Below, in pieces: positions 25,680 to 38,581 of a stretch of 64,000 nt of DNA. Source of the stretch: Octopus sinensis (taxonomy: Eukaryota); assembly GCF_006345805.1 (NCBI RefSeq), contig NC_043004.1:44268001-44332000 (forward strand), in the 5' to 3' direction. Position 1 is the first letter of the stretch. Each line of letters begins with the position of its first letter. The translations under genes and the position numbers were made by a program. The notes under the pieces are model-generated. The model saw only the letters and a list, made by a program, of their open reading frames with translations, was not told where the DNA came from and made no database searches.

Positions 25680-27227
25680 CTCCTACCCACCCTCAGGGGA
25701 TGCCTTCAGGGGAAGATTCTGCTAAATCGATCTCTTCTGAAGACAATATCCCTGTTTATTCAAGGCAAATTGCATTGAGCACCACTGGATCGCGCAGAAA
25801 GACCTGAATTATCTTGCCCGTGATTTGTATCTATTTAAGCAGCAGTCAGAGTTCCTGGCATTCTGGTTTAAGCAGTGGAACCTGGTCAAGGTAGATGTAA
25901 GGATCACCAGTCTCAAGACATGGAACCAGGACTTTGCTTCATTCTTCGACATGGAAAATAGGTAGTGCTACTGCACAAATGTCTCTGGCTTGTCCACCTC
26001 CCTTGGTTTTCCACACAATCCTTCGGACTGGTGTAGATTCCTACAAGCGAAGTCTGAAGTGTGTGCTCCTGCACAATGGGAATAAATACCCCAGCATTTC
26101 CATTACATACTCTGTCAATCTGAAGAATTCGTATGAAAATATGGAGCTCCTTTTGGCAGCTGTCAATTACAACCAGGAGCAGTGGAGTCTCTGCGGGGAC
26201 CTCAAGGTCATTGGCTCCTTATGGATATGCAAACAGAATTTACAAGGTATTGTTGCTTTCTTTGTTTCCGGGACAGTCGAGATGTGTCCAATCTCTACAA
26301 GCAGAAAGACTGGGGATCTAGAAGCAATTACCTGTCTGGTGAACACAGTGTCCAAGAAAATCATCCGGTGGACATCAACAAGTTGCTTCTTCCTCCTATT
26401 CACATCAAGCTTGGTTTGATGAAGAATTTCGTGATGGTAATAGACAAAATTGCCGCAGCCTTCCAACACTTGTGCACTCTGTTCGCACCTCTGATTTCTA
26501 CTAAGCTCAAGGACCTCTAATTTCTACTAAGTTCAAGATCCGAGAGGTGCTGAAGGATAAGGACTTTGAGGAGCTTCTTATCTTAAAGGAACTGAGATCT
26601 GGAAAGCATGTAAGCCAGTCTGCCATGGCTTACTTGGCAACACTCGGGTACTAGATTACCAAGAGTGTATCGAGAAACTGTTACAGCCTTATGATGATAT
26701 GGGGTGCCGAATGTCACTCAAAATTCACTTTCTCCACTCCCCCCTCAACTTCCCTCCGAAGCTTGGAGCAGTGAGTGACGAGCATAGAGAAATGTTCCAC
26801 CAATATATTACTAGGATGGCGAGCAACTGCCAAGGCGAGGACAACCGAAGCATGATGGGAGACTTTTGCGAGATGCTGTTGTGTGACATCTCGGAGGCAA
26901 AGTACACAAGATCGTCCAAAAACTCACTTCTAACTGTCTTCCGTGCTAGGATTTGTGTGTATTGTACTATTCAAGTAATTCAGTTCCGTCAGCGTCATGC
27001 ATCTATGTTTTTTTTTATGCAATATGCCATTGTAACAGATGAAATAAACTCTTTATATTTTCAATTTATATACAGTATAATTAAAATGGGATATGTGAAC
27101 ATAAAAGAACTATACGTGATAGAGCAAAACTGTTCAGAAAACTGGAATTCACCATATCAAAATTAGTACAATAAAACACATATTTTGATCCTTGCCTCAG
27201 AACGAAAAAAGAAATTATAAGCCAGTG
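25680..27227 (+). mobile_element. Chapaev3-like transposon remnant, 5'-truncated
   Basis: DLNYLARDLYLFKQQSEFLAFWFKQWNL; KLLLPPIHIKLGLMKNFV; MGCRMSLKIHFLHS..LGAVSDEH; putative right terminus ..GCCAGTG. Confidence 0.82.
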
Positions 27228-27274
27228 TTGATAATGTACTAGCTGGCCCCGTGCCGTCAAAATTGACGGCTAAT

Positions 27275-27815
27275 TGCTTAGCAGTATTTCGTCTGCCGTT
27301 ACGTTCTGAGTTCAAATTCCGCCGAGGTCGACTTTTTCCTTTTTAATCTTTTCGGGGTCAATAAATTAAGTACAAGTTACGCACTGGGGCCGATTTAATC
27401 GACTTAATCCGTTTGACTGTCCTTGTTTTGTTTGTTCTCTCTGTGTTTAGCCTCTTGGGGGTAGTAAAGAAATAGAAATAGGCATTTCGTCTGCCGCTGC
27501 CTTCTGAGTTCAAACTCCGCCGAGGTCGACTTTACCTTCCATCCTTTCGAGGTCGATTAAATAAGAACCAGTTACGCACTGGAGTCGATATAATCGACTT
27601 AATCCGTTTGTCTGTCCTTGTTTGTCCCCTCTGTGTTTAGCCCCTTGTGAGTAGTAAAGAAATAGGCATTTCGTCTGTCGTTACGTTCTAAGTTCAAATT
27701 CCGCCGAGGTCGACTTTATCTTTCATCCTTTCGGGATCGATAAATTAAGTACCAGTTGCGTAATCGACTGGCCTCCTTCCCCAAAATTTCTGGCCTTGTG
27801 ACTAGAGTAGAAAGG
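27275..27815 (+). mobile_element. SINE S1 tandem trimer (184-bp unit)
   Basis: Units restart at 27483 and 27667 after ..AAATAGG; the last unit carries an alternative tail B. Confidence 0.88.
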
Positions 27816-28002
27816 AACGTTATCTACTGGTTGGATGTTGATATGTGATATCGATCATTGTTTGTTACTGAAACTACACTGTTTCACACTTATAAACGTT
27901 CATATACTTCACTTGTACAGGCTCACACATATACTCACACAGAAATGAAACGCAGTCTGATTTTTCTTCTCAGCGTTGACTGTTATGCAGCCCACTTCCA
28001 TT

Positions 28003-28040
<38 letters not shown>

Positions 28041-28592
28041 AAACATTCACATACCCCCATTTTACATTCACAATATATACTTACACAGAGTTGAAACGCT
28101 GTTTGCTTTTTTTTTCACCGTAGAATTTCTATCCTCCCACTACCAAGTTTATCATCATCCCTTCCTCATTCAACTATCACCCCTTCCTTTCTTATTAATA
28201 TGTTGTGATGGAGAAAATTGTGATGGAGTATTATTATAGTAGCCGATACGAGAATTTTCAGATTTTGTGCGCTCAGAAGGACGGTCACTTTTGTGGTTGT
28301 ATTTCAGCAGCAATTCCTCTATAACAGGTTTTGGTTTTGTAGACAAACGAAGTAGTACGAATGTAGTGCAATTTACACAAATTATGCTACATATGTAAGA
28401 CTTAGCACACTGTAATTATCATTAGACTTTTATCCAATTCGCCCTATTTCCTGTGAAACACAAGGCACTGAGATAAGGTGATATTAAATAAGTGGCGATC
28501 ATCCTGATTTTCTTTATGCATTTTCCTCTGGTTAATGTGTATGACTTCGTAATGAATGCGGATCTCCCTGTTACTAGATTAACAATTTTATT

Positions 28593-29013
28593 GGATCTTT
28601 TCGGTTTGAACGGCAGTTTTTAACATAATTTCTAGGTAACTAAACAATTTTAAACTTCGTATACTGGTAGAATGTATTTATAAAACATCTTTTTCTCTTG
28701 GCTTTATTGAGAAAATTCTATAGTTTGTAAGATATTTTGTCTTTAATTTCTTGCATTTCGGCAATTTCACCCAATCAATGACCGTCTATTGAGGTGAAAA
28801 CATTCTGTGCCGTAAGAATATGTTCCTCGTTTAAGAAACAGATTGGGTTTATTTACATTTGTGAAGAAAAAAAAAGATACCCTCCCACCCCTAACCCTAA
28901 CCCTAACCCTAAAACAGATTCAAATGCAATAGATCGATACTAGGGTCATAACTATGGGTGACAAATTCATATGACACCGCTAGAAAAAACTGCCGTTCAA
29001 ACCGAAAAGATCC
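28593..29013 (-). mobile_element. TTAGGG-bearing MITE, copy 5
   Basis: Same TIRs; flanks ATTTTATT/ATTTTGTT (7/8). Confidence 0.92.
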
Positions 29014-30182
29014 ATTTTGTTTATGGACCGGGAGGCCACCCTCGATCTTGAGCAGTATATTTCATTTCACATAAATTCTGTCTATTCATGAACATAGGAG
29101 TACCGGCTGAATGCAGGTAAAACTTTTACTCCCTCCAACTACTATATCTTTGTGTTTCTAGTAATTGTAGAACGGACAATTGGGCATCTATGTCTATTAC
29201 CGACTATATCTTACCTAAGACAACTAGTGATCGCATACTACATGTTTTCCAAGTCGTACGTGCTTTTGAGTGACAGCTGTTCTTGTTTGCCTTCCTGTTT
29301 CCGCATAAATATAATAATAATTAGAATTTCCAGTAAACACCAGCTGCTTTGAGCCCCATTGCGCATTAAGTGTTTCTTAGTTGGATGTCTGTATTCCACC
29401 GATGGGTTCTCTCCGTTATTAACTTTGCTAAAGTTGTTTTGTGGTTGTTTTTGTTGTTGTTGTCTGTATTGTTATAATGATTGTTCTTCCTCTTGTTGCC
29501 GTTGCTGCTTCTATTGTCAACGGAATGCTCGTTGTCTCCTCCATTCTTGGCGATGTTATTGATTTGTGCCAATATTGTTGTTTGTGTTGTAGTTGAAAAT
29601 TATCATTGTTATCGCTCCTATTCTTACTGGTGATGATGACGGCGTCGACTACGACGACGACGACGACGGTGGTATTATCAATGGAGCCGTTCCGTTTTTG
29701 TCTCCCTTTAGTCTCTATTGCTGTCTCTCTATTCAACGCTATCCCTAAGTATCAGGGTTCTTAAAGCAGTTAATAGCGTTGTTAATAATGTCTCAGTCGT
29801 TGATATTGTTGTTATTATTATTTTTTTCCTCTTCATTGTTGAATACAATAGGAGTTACGAATCAGCAGCTAATTTTTATTTATTTATTTTTTAGAAATTT
29901 AGTTTTAACATTTTGTTCTTGCTAATTTTACAGCAATTCAAAGTTGCAACCGATTACCTGCCATTATCACTTTAGGCTCTTTACACTTGTGCTGCTGTTG
30001 CCCCTTTTGTTTATGATAACGTTGGTTATTTTCTTCGATGGTTAAAAAGAAACATCCCAAAATATCTCATCAGGCGTTTTTCCCAAAAATCAGCGTGTTC
30101 AAAATTGTAAAACATCTTTTCAAAATATGCTGTGGCAGTTTTTTTTTGTTTATACATTTCTGCATAAAATTGAATTTTGTTT

Positions 30183-30200
30183 AATGACAATAATAATAAT

Positions 30201-30268
<68 letters not shown>

Positions 30269-30420
30269 TAATAATAATAATAATAATAATAATAATATTA
30301 ATAATAATAATAATAATAATAACAACAACAACAACGAAAACAACAATAACAACAACTACTACGAAAACAGCAGAAACAAGAAAATAATAAAAATAATAAT
30401 GATAAATAATAATAGTAATA
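30183..30420. repeat. (AAT)n/(AAC)n microsatellite
   Basis: Direct reading. Confidence 0.95.
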
Positions 30421-30712
30421 ATTTGTTTGACCTTAACCAGTTGACCACGTCCCCTAGTGGTTGATGATATGTGCATCTCTGATCACGAGCAGAAGTAGTG
30501 GGGGAGCATCAGCCGTGTGTTGAGAATGATTCTTTGGGGTTTGAATTATTCACTTCTGGAAACATTTGTGTTTCGTTCAACATCCTTAAACAACCCTTAT
30601 TCAGGGAGGTTTTGAGCGGGATGGGCTACTCAACCAGAAGAAAATTCTAACTGGGCCCCACTTGCAAGGTGATGTGCTGTTTATCTTGATATAGAGCTGC
30701 ACTATATATTCA
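30420..30712 (+). mobile_element. Non-coding interspersed repeat X, fragment
   Basis: TGTTTGACCTTAACCAGTTGA..GATATGTGCATCTCTGATCACGAGCAGAAGTAGTGG shared with 33684-34074. Confidence 0.7.
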
Positions 30713-30713
30713 C

Positions 30714-31467
<754 letters not shown>

Positions 31468-32644
31468 GCTTACAAAACAACCACAATTGGACTGGCCAAA
31501 TATCTCGAAATATCGAATGACTGGATGCTAAAGCTCGTGGAAAATCACGAGAGATGAAAGAAGCTTCATTCTATCATAAAGGAAAGAAAAACATTTGCTA
31601 TTGATCTCGTGCAGGATACCCAAACTGAACAACCCGAGGGAAGTACGGCAACTATTGTTGCAAAGAAGGTGAAAATGATGGCAATGAAGAAAGCGCACGA
31701 GCAATTGGCTGATAGGTGGGAGGAGAAACCTCTGCACGGCAAATATGTGACCCGCAGCAAACAAGCTGATGTTGACCAGAAGCAAACCCATCAGGGGCTA
31801 CGGAGCTCAGGGCTAAAAGCAGAGAGCGAAGGTTTAATCCTGGCTGCTCAAGATCAAAGCCTATTAACCAGGAACTACCAGGCCAATGTGATGAAAAATG
31901 GAGCAGAACCAAAATGCCGATTCTGCAACGACATGATTGAAACAGTGGACCACCTAATCTCTGGATGTAAAGTCTTAGCACCAGTGGAGTATAAATTAAG
32001 ACATGACAGAGTTGGCCAATATCTCCACTGGCTAATAAGTCGGCATTACAATATCAAAACTGCCGACAAGTGGTATAATCACCACCCTGAGGCTGTAACT
32101 GAAGGAGAAAATGTAACGATTCTGTGGGACTTTCCAGTACATACAGACCGAACCATCAAGGCCAATAAACCAGATATTGTGAAAGACCAAAACAATAAAG
32201 TTTGCTTATTGATCGACATGAGCATCCCCTGTGATCATAATATCTCAGCGAAAGAGTTTGACAAGCTCAGAAAATATAAAGACCTACTCATTGAAATTGA
32301 GAAAATGTGGCATCTCAAGGCGGTTACAATACCAGTGATCGTAGGAGCACTAGGAATGATCAAGAAGGGAACCGAAAATTATATGAGAATGATCCCTGGC
32401 TTACCATCCATGCAAGAAGTGCAAAAGATTGTCTTAACTGGTACATCACACGTATTGAGAAGAGCATTGTCGATGTAAGAACTGTTGCTGCTCATGTATT
32501 TTAATTTAACTTAAAAAAAAAAAATTAACGAACTACTGAGTTTGGTTTAATGGCCTACCAATGTATACTATGAGTTTCTTTGCCCTAGGAGTCGGGAAGA
32601 CACTCGGCAAGAAATGGAAGCAAATTTGAAAGAAGAAAAAAAAG
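31468..32644 (+). mobile_element. R4/Dong-type RLE retrotransposon, 5'-truncated (subfamily C)
   Basis: (AAT)n on both sides; coding frame starts directly after the microsatellite; about 165-bp 3' UTR. Confidence 0.9.
31609..32478 (+). CDS. C-terminal part of a non-LTR retrotransposon ORF: CCHC zinc knuckle plus PD-(D/E)xK restriction-like endonuclease (fragment, not a host gene)
   Basis: CRFCNDMIETVDHLISGC knuckle, RHD motif, KPDIV..LLIDMSIP, KLRKYKDL, IPVIVGALG; 289 aa uninterrupted. Confidence 0.88.
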   Translation: MQDTQTEQPEGSTATIVAKKVKMMAMKKAHEQLADRWEEKPLHGKYVTRSKQADVDQKQTHQGLRSSGLKAESEGLILAAQDQSLLTRNYQANVMKNGAEPKCRFCNDMIETVDHLISGCKVLAPVEYKLRHDRVGQYLHWLISRHYNIKTADKWYNHHPEAVTEGENVTILWDFPVHTDRTIKANKPDIVKDQNNKVCLLIDMSIPCDHNISAKEFDKLRKYKDLLIEIEKMWHLKAVTIPVIVGALGMIKKGTENYMRMIPGLPSMQEVQKIVLTGTSHVLRRALSM

Positions 32645-32667
32645 TAATAATAATAATAATAATAATA

Positions 32668-32792
32668 ACACCGGGGACGTTTAAGATGGGAGAACACCGG
32701 GGACGTTTAAGATGGGAGAACACCGGGGACGTTTAAGATGGGAGAACACTGGGGACGTTTAAGATGGGAGAACACCGGGGACGTTTAAGATG
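32668..32792 (+). repeat. 26-bp tandem repeat ACACCGGGGACGTTTAAGATGGGAGA, about 4.8 copies
   Basis: Direct reading; one substitution in unit 4. Confidence 0.95.
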
Positions 32793-33120
32793 TAAGAAGG
32801 AAAATACAGAGCTCCGAAATCTATCCACAAACATCGAAAACAAGGACATCCTATGGAGCCAAAGATTTACTAACAAAGAATTGGACTGTATCCGAGTAAG
32901 TAATACTAATTGAAATTTATTACTATTTTCGAAAAGAAATGATGTATTTTGACTCGATATTATCTCCACCTCTAACACAACACATGTAAACATGCGTGGA
33001 ACATCACGATCATCCCCGACCTCAAACACCATGTACAAAGGAACTACGAAGAAATTAAATGCCACCGATACTATTCAACCCAAGAATAACAATCGAGCGG
33101 TACGTATATTAAACTTACCA

Positions 33121-33455
33121 CCTCTAAAAGAAATGGAGAAACTCTCAAAATACAAAGACCTCGAAATAGAGGTAACTAGAATGTGGAATCTGAAAACAGA
33201 AACAATTCCTATCATAGTAGGTGCATTAGGCATGATAAAAAAAATATTCAGACAAATACATAACAAAAACACCAGGACTTACAAACACATATAACATACA
33301 GAAAATTGCACTACTAGGCACTGCACACATCCTACGCAGAACACTTTCCATACAATAACCATCAGAGCATCACAACAAATCACAGCACATACCCAAGGCA
33401 CACAGAGCTGCGCTCGGTAGTGAAGTGAAAGCACGCTATAAAAATAAAACTACTG
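33121..33455 (+). mobile_element. R4/Dong-type RLE retrotransposon 3' end (subfamily B)
   Basis: KEMEKLSKYKDLEIEVTRMWNLKTETIPIIVGALGMIKK; ends ..AAACTACTG then (AAT)n. Confidence 0.88.
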
Positions 33456-33499
33456 AATAATAATAATAATAATAATATAATAATAATATAATAATAATG

Positions 33500-33563
<64 letters not shown>

Positions 33564-33582
33564 TAATAATAATATAATAATA

Positions 33583-33613
<31 letters not shown>

Positions 33614-33629
33614 TAATAATAATAATAAC

Positions 33630-33665
<36 letters not shown>

Positions 33666-33683
33666 TATAATAATAATAATAAT
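33456..33683. repeat. (AAT)n microsatellite
   Basis: Direct reading. Confidence 0.95.
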
Positions 33684-34074
33684 GAATGCTCTCATGTAGC
33701 ACCAGGCAGTGTCTCTCGTGGCTTCTGATCTTAACTGACTGGAAGTGTTATCATGTACGTTGTTTTGTCTTGGTATAAAAGATGGGCTACAGCAAATATT
33801 TTGCTTAATACCGCAGATTTGCTTGACAGTTGTTTGACCTTAACCAGTTGAGCATGTTCCCACTACTTCTGCGCATGGTCAGAGATGTACATATCATCAG
33901 AGACTAAGAGACATGTTCAACTGGTTAAGGTCAAACAACTGGCAAGCAAATCTCTGGTATTGCGCAGAATATTTGCTGTAGCCCATCATTTATACCAAAA
34001 CAAAACAACGTACATGATATCACTTCCAATCAGTGAAGATCAGACGCCATGGGAGCCACTGCCTGGTACTGCAT
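33684..34074. mobile_element. Two copies of repeat X fused in inverted orientation (junction near 33860)
   Basis: 33684-33860 aligns to the reverse complement of about 33910-34074; the minus copy continues through the junction. Confidence 0.85.
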
Positions 34075-34132
34075 CATCAATATCATCATCAGCAGCAGCA
34101 TTATTGTTATTATTATTATTATTATTATTATT

Positions 34133-34620
34133 CAGCAGTTTTATTTTTATAGCGTGCTTTCACTTCACTACCGAGCGCAGCTCTGTGTGCCTTGGGTATG
34201 TGCTGTGATTTGTTGTTTTTGCTTTGTATCTGTCTGAATATTTTTTGATCATGCCTAATGCACCTACTATGATAGGAATTGTTTCCTGTTTTTAGATTCC
34301 ACATTCTAGTTACCTCTATTTCAGGTCTTTGTATTTTGAAAGTTTCTCCATTTCTTTTAGAGTAACGTTGTCATCTGCCGATATTGATACATCAATTAGA
34401 AAGCATTTTTTTTCTTCATGATCTCTGACAACTATATCTGGTATGTTGGCCTTAATTTCTCTATCTGTGTGCATCGGCATATCCAAGAGTATGGTTGCTT
34501 TCTCGTTTTCTATGACCTTTTCTAGTGTGTGCCTATACCATCTTTTTTCTGTTGTTATTCCATAATATTGGCATAGCTTCCAGTGTATGTAGGTCCCAAC
34601 TCTATCGCGTCTGTGAATAT
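34133..34620 (-). mobile_element. R4/Dong-type RLE retrotransposon 3' end (subfamily B) with internal deletion
   Basis: Reverse complement of 33121-33455 plus upstream endonuclease-coding sequence. Confidence 0.88.
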
Positions 34621-34651
34621 ATTCCTCCTCCTCCTCCTCCTTCTTCTTCTT

Positions 34652-34682
<31 letters not shown>

Positions 34683-34694
34683 TCATTATTATTA

Positions 34695-34740
<46 letters not shown>

Positions 34741-35099
34741 TATTATTTAATTTTCATATATTTCGCACCCCGTAATGATTTTTCGTAATAGATCATGGAT
34801 GTGTCAAAATAGCCATGTGAATCTTATGTAAACTGTTAAATTACTTCATGGTACTTTTCTGATATTGTGCGTCGAAACTCACACAATTACATCATGGGAA
34901 ATAAACGTTAACTTTTTATAAAAGGCCAATACTTTTACTTTTACATTCGTTTTCTCTTTGCGCTGTTATCCATGATTTGGTAGCCACTTGCGAATGATTG
35001 AATTGACTGTACAGTGGAATCTGTTATCAGTGACATGGTCATACAGTTGCAAAAATGTTTCAAACTATTACTTAATCAAATGCGCTACTACGACTAATA

Positions 35100-35580
35100 T
35101 CTCTTCAGTATTTAACCCCCCAACGCGGCGTATAGGCTACTTATAACTTAATTCCATGTCGCATAATTTTTCGCTTCTCCACTTATACTCTGCCATGAAT
35201 GTCCCCCTTTCTCTAGTTACTTTTGTGTTCTTAGGCCTACCTTTCTTTCTATATCCATCGGGATTCCACTATAAAGCACTTTTCGCTATATTCGGTGTCT
35301 TTTCTAATTGTGCTACCAATCCACTCCCACTTTTTCTTAAATATTTACTCCCTAATCGAAACTTGATTTGTTCTTTGCCATAGCTCCATATTGCTTATGT
35401 GTTCGGGCCATCTAATATTAAGTATACTACGCATCTGTTGATGAATGATTGTATTTGCTTATTTGACTTAACTGTTGTTCGCCATGTCTCAAGCCCATAC
35501 AATAACACCGCTTTTATGTTAGTGTTAAAAATTCTTCTTTTGTTCTTTATTGAAATTACACTTGCGCTGCACACCTTTTT
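35100..35580 (-). mobile_element. RTE-clade LINE 3' fragment
   Basis: Reverse strand RIFNTNIKAVLLYGLETWRTTVKSNKQIQSFINRC..LNIRWPEHISNMELWQRTNQ..WNPDGYRKKGRPKNT. Confidence 0.85.
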
Positions 35581-35707
35581 TTAACAACTTCGACTAATAC
35601 CATGTAGTTATTTAGATAATATAGAATGTGCGAATTCAAATCAAATCTCGTGCCAATCATGTTGAGCATGCAGGAAAAAATAACGAGATTTATTACTTCA
35701 GTCTCTT

Positions 35708-35810
35708 TAGGTTGAGCTTCATATGCTGCGTGGTCAACTTTACCTTTCATTTTGTGGTCGATAAAATAAAGTACCAGTCAAGTACTGGGGTGGATAGTAT
35801 CGACTAACTG
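35708..35810 (+). mobile_element. SINE S1 core fragment
   Basis: GGTCAACTTTACCTTTCAT..GGTCGATAAAATAAAGTACCAGT. Confidence 0.6.
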
Positions 35811-36527
35811 CTCCCATCAATGCTTTGTAATATTTTTCCTGACTTAGAAACCATTATTTTACGTAAAGGACTGTAACTTAATAGAATTCAATCTAATTTT
35901 TATTTCAGTGAAAGTCTGCAGGAAAAAGCGCCTTACTGCTTCAGTTGTTCTTACAGTAATATATGATGTTTTCCCTATGTTTGTTTCTTTTTTCTCACTT
36001 CCTTTTAAATTGCTTTTCCTCTTGTAATTGCATTCTACGCCAGAATATGATTTCCCATACATGTTAATATAATCAGGGAACTTTAAATCCTGAAACTGCA
36101 TTTTCATTTGATTTAATCCAGGCAAGCATAATTAGTAAACCCTGTCCATATTCAAAAGATGCTTGCGTTAATTTATTTGCCTTAAGATCTCATTCCGTGA
36201 AAACTATGTGAACAGAATTTATTTTCCATTCAAAGAAAATGCTTTATAGGTTTCTAGTTGGTCTCATTTTCAGTCTCTAATAATTGATATCGTGTGATGT
36301 ATTTGTAAATCTCCTTCCCTGTACACGTAAATTCTAATGTGTGTGGTTATGTTCAAGTGTATTCATAATTTCAGTTCATTTCTTTAGGAAGAATACAAAA
36401 GCAACATGAATCATGGAGACTTCATGAAGATAAGCGTGAAAATTTGCGAACCGATGTGTAGGTTACTGTACAGATTGTGGCTCTAAAATTGTTCGGTTGC
36501 CGTTGCAAGAAAATCAACAGTGTTTTC

Positions 36528-36529
<2 letters not shown>

Positions 36530-36564
<35 letters not shown>

Positions 36565-36613
36565 ATAATATATATATATATATATTATATATATATATAT
36601 ATATGTATATATA

Positions 36614-36646
<33 letters not shown>

Positions 36647-36693
36647 TATGTATATATATAATAATTATGCATACACATACACACCCACACACT

Positions 36694-36741
<48 letters not shown>

Positions 36742-36798
36742 ATATATACATACATATATATACATAGATACATACATATTTATATAATGATATATATA

Positions 36799-36847
<49 letters not shown>

Positions 36848-36877
36848 TATATATATATAGACATATATATATGTATG

Positions 36878-36913
<36 letters not shown>

Positions 36914-36955
36914 TATATACACATACATACATACATACATACATACATACATACA

Positions 36956-36985
<30 letters not shown>
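36530..36985. repeat. TA/CA/TACA microsatellite field
   Basis: Direct reading. Confidence 0.92.
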
Positions 36986-36986
<1 letters not shown>

Positions 36987-36987
36987 T

Positions 36988-37135
36988 ACAAATTTACAGA
37001 CAACAAAATTCGAAGACAGGTGAAGGAGTAACGAGCAGGTATTAGTTTAACGCTTGGAAAGAATAGAAAATTCCTTGATGTTTCGAGCCTGAGCTCTATA
37101 TTAAGAGAATAAGGGATAAAAAAACAAAAACGGAG
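36988..37135 (-). mobile_element. Repeat P1 (hammerhead-like, Penelope-like terminus), degenerate
   Basis: Reverse strand AGAGCTCAGGCTCGAAACAT..AGCGTT; similar to 37852, 43430 and 44184 copies. Confidence 0.55.
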
Positions 37136-37312
37136 AGTGAAATAATGTGTGTAGGGATATAATTTGGCTAATATCCATTCAATTCTGCCTTAAGTTACGT
37201 GCTCTGTTTTGTGATAATCCTTTAAGCTTCCTGCTACTGATGTTCTTGCCGTAAACTTTCGTAAGCCTAGTGCATTACTGGTATTGCTCTTTTCATAATT
37301 GACGATATGTTA

Positions 37313-37363
<51 letters not shown>

Positions 37364-37763
37364 TGTTCGCGTCGAAACGTTAATTATTTTTTACTGAAAC
37401 ATTTGATATTCTGGAGTTGTAATTTTTGCCATTACAGAATGCTCAGACATATTCGACCACATTCTATACTGCACTCTCGTTCTCTCTCTCTCTCTCTTAA
37501 TCTCTCCCCCTCTTCATCTCTCCCTCTCTCCGTTCTCTTCCTCTCTCTTCTTCGCCTCTCTCTCTCTCTATTAATTTACACACAAACACACAAACGCACA
37601 TATATATGTGCGTGCGTGTAAATTAAAAGGGTGGATTTAGTGGTTTTGGAGTTAATTTAACTCTTATTTTAACAAAATCGGTACTAGTTAGAACCCTCCC
37701 ACACTTTTGTTACCTCTATTACTTTTACCTTAATTATAAATATATATATATATACATAAATAT

Positions 37764-37800
<37 letters not shown>

Positions 37801-37801
37801 G

Positions 37802-37838
<37 letters not shown>

Positions 37839-37851
37839 TACATATACATAT

Positions 37852-37990
37852 ATAGAAAACAAAATACGAAGTAAGGTGTATAATCAACAAGTAGGTGTAT
37901 TAGTCTGACGCTCTGGAAGGTGAGAAAGTCTTTTACGTTTCGAGTCTACGCTCTTCAACAGACAGAAAGGAACATGAGGAAATAAACAGA
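37852..37990 (-). mobile_element. Repeat P1 with hammerhead-like core
   Basis: Reverse strand CTGTTGA AGAGCGTAGACTC GAAACGT..AGCGTC; 3' end next to (TA)n. Confidence 0.6.
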
Positions 37991-38280
37991 GATAGAATTA
38001 AAGAGAGTATTAAAAAAATAACTTTATAAATACTTGAGTAAATTTATTGAACCATTTATACAAGTGGTTAGCATGTGTAATAAAAGTCAGAAGACATAAA
38101 TATTTTAAAATATAATAGTGTATTAAACATACACGGAAAGAAAAGCACCATATGGATTTCTTACATTCTAAAAATATCAGACAAAGCCAAAACCACGAAA
38201 AAAGATCTTACATTAATGTAAGAACATTAAAGCAACGAGAACGTTGTTTGTACGCGAGCAAGTCATTTGAGTGACTATGA

Positions 38281-38373
38281 ATTATACCCATGAGTTTCAC
38301 AATTAATGACAAAATAAATCAAAGAATAAGTTAATAAATTGATTACTTAGTCATCCGTAGCTCGTCAATAAGG
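38281..38373 (-). ncRNA. Type I hammerhead-like motif with long helix II (left arm, foldback 1)
   Basis: CCUUA UUGACGA G..GU GAA ACUC AU GGGU A | UAAU; C3 mutated to U. Confidence 0.5.
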
Positions 38374-38581
38374 CTGCTGTAAAATGTATAAATATGTATC
38401 GAAAACACAAAATAAACACATGCGCATTCCGTTCCATCTTTTTTGTATCAAGAATTCAAATCGAATGCCTCCAAACAAAGTGCCAAGCCAGAGTAGTATA
38501 GCAGATGGAACGGAATGCGCATGTGTCCACTTTGTGTTTTCGTTACGTATTGTAGTCTCATATTTATACATTTTACTGCGA

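Noticed and set aside
38110-38131. Extension of foldback 1 arms beyond CACGG (AGTGTAT..ATA on both sides)
   Set aside because: Similarity fades into AT-rich flank; cannot tell true terminus from a palindromic target, so the boundary was left at CACGG
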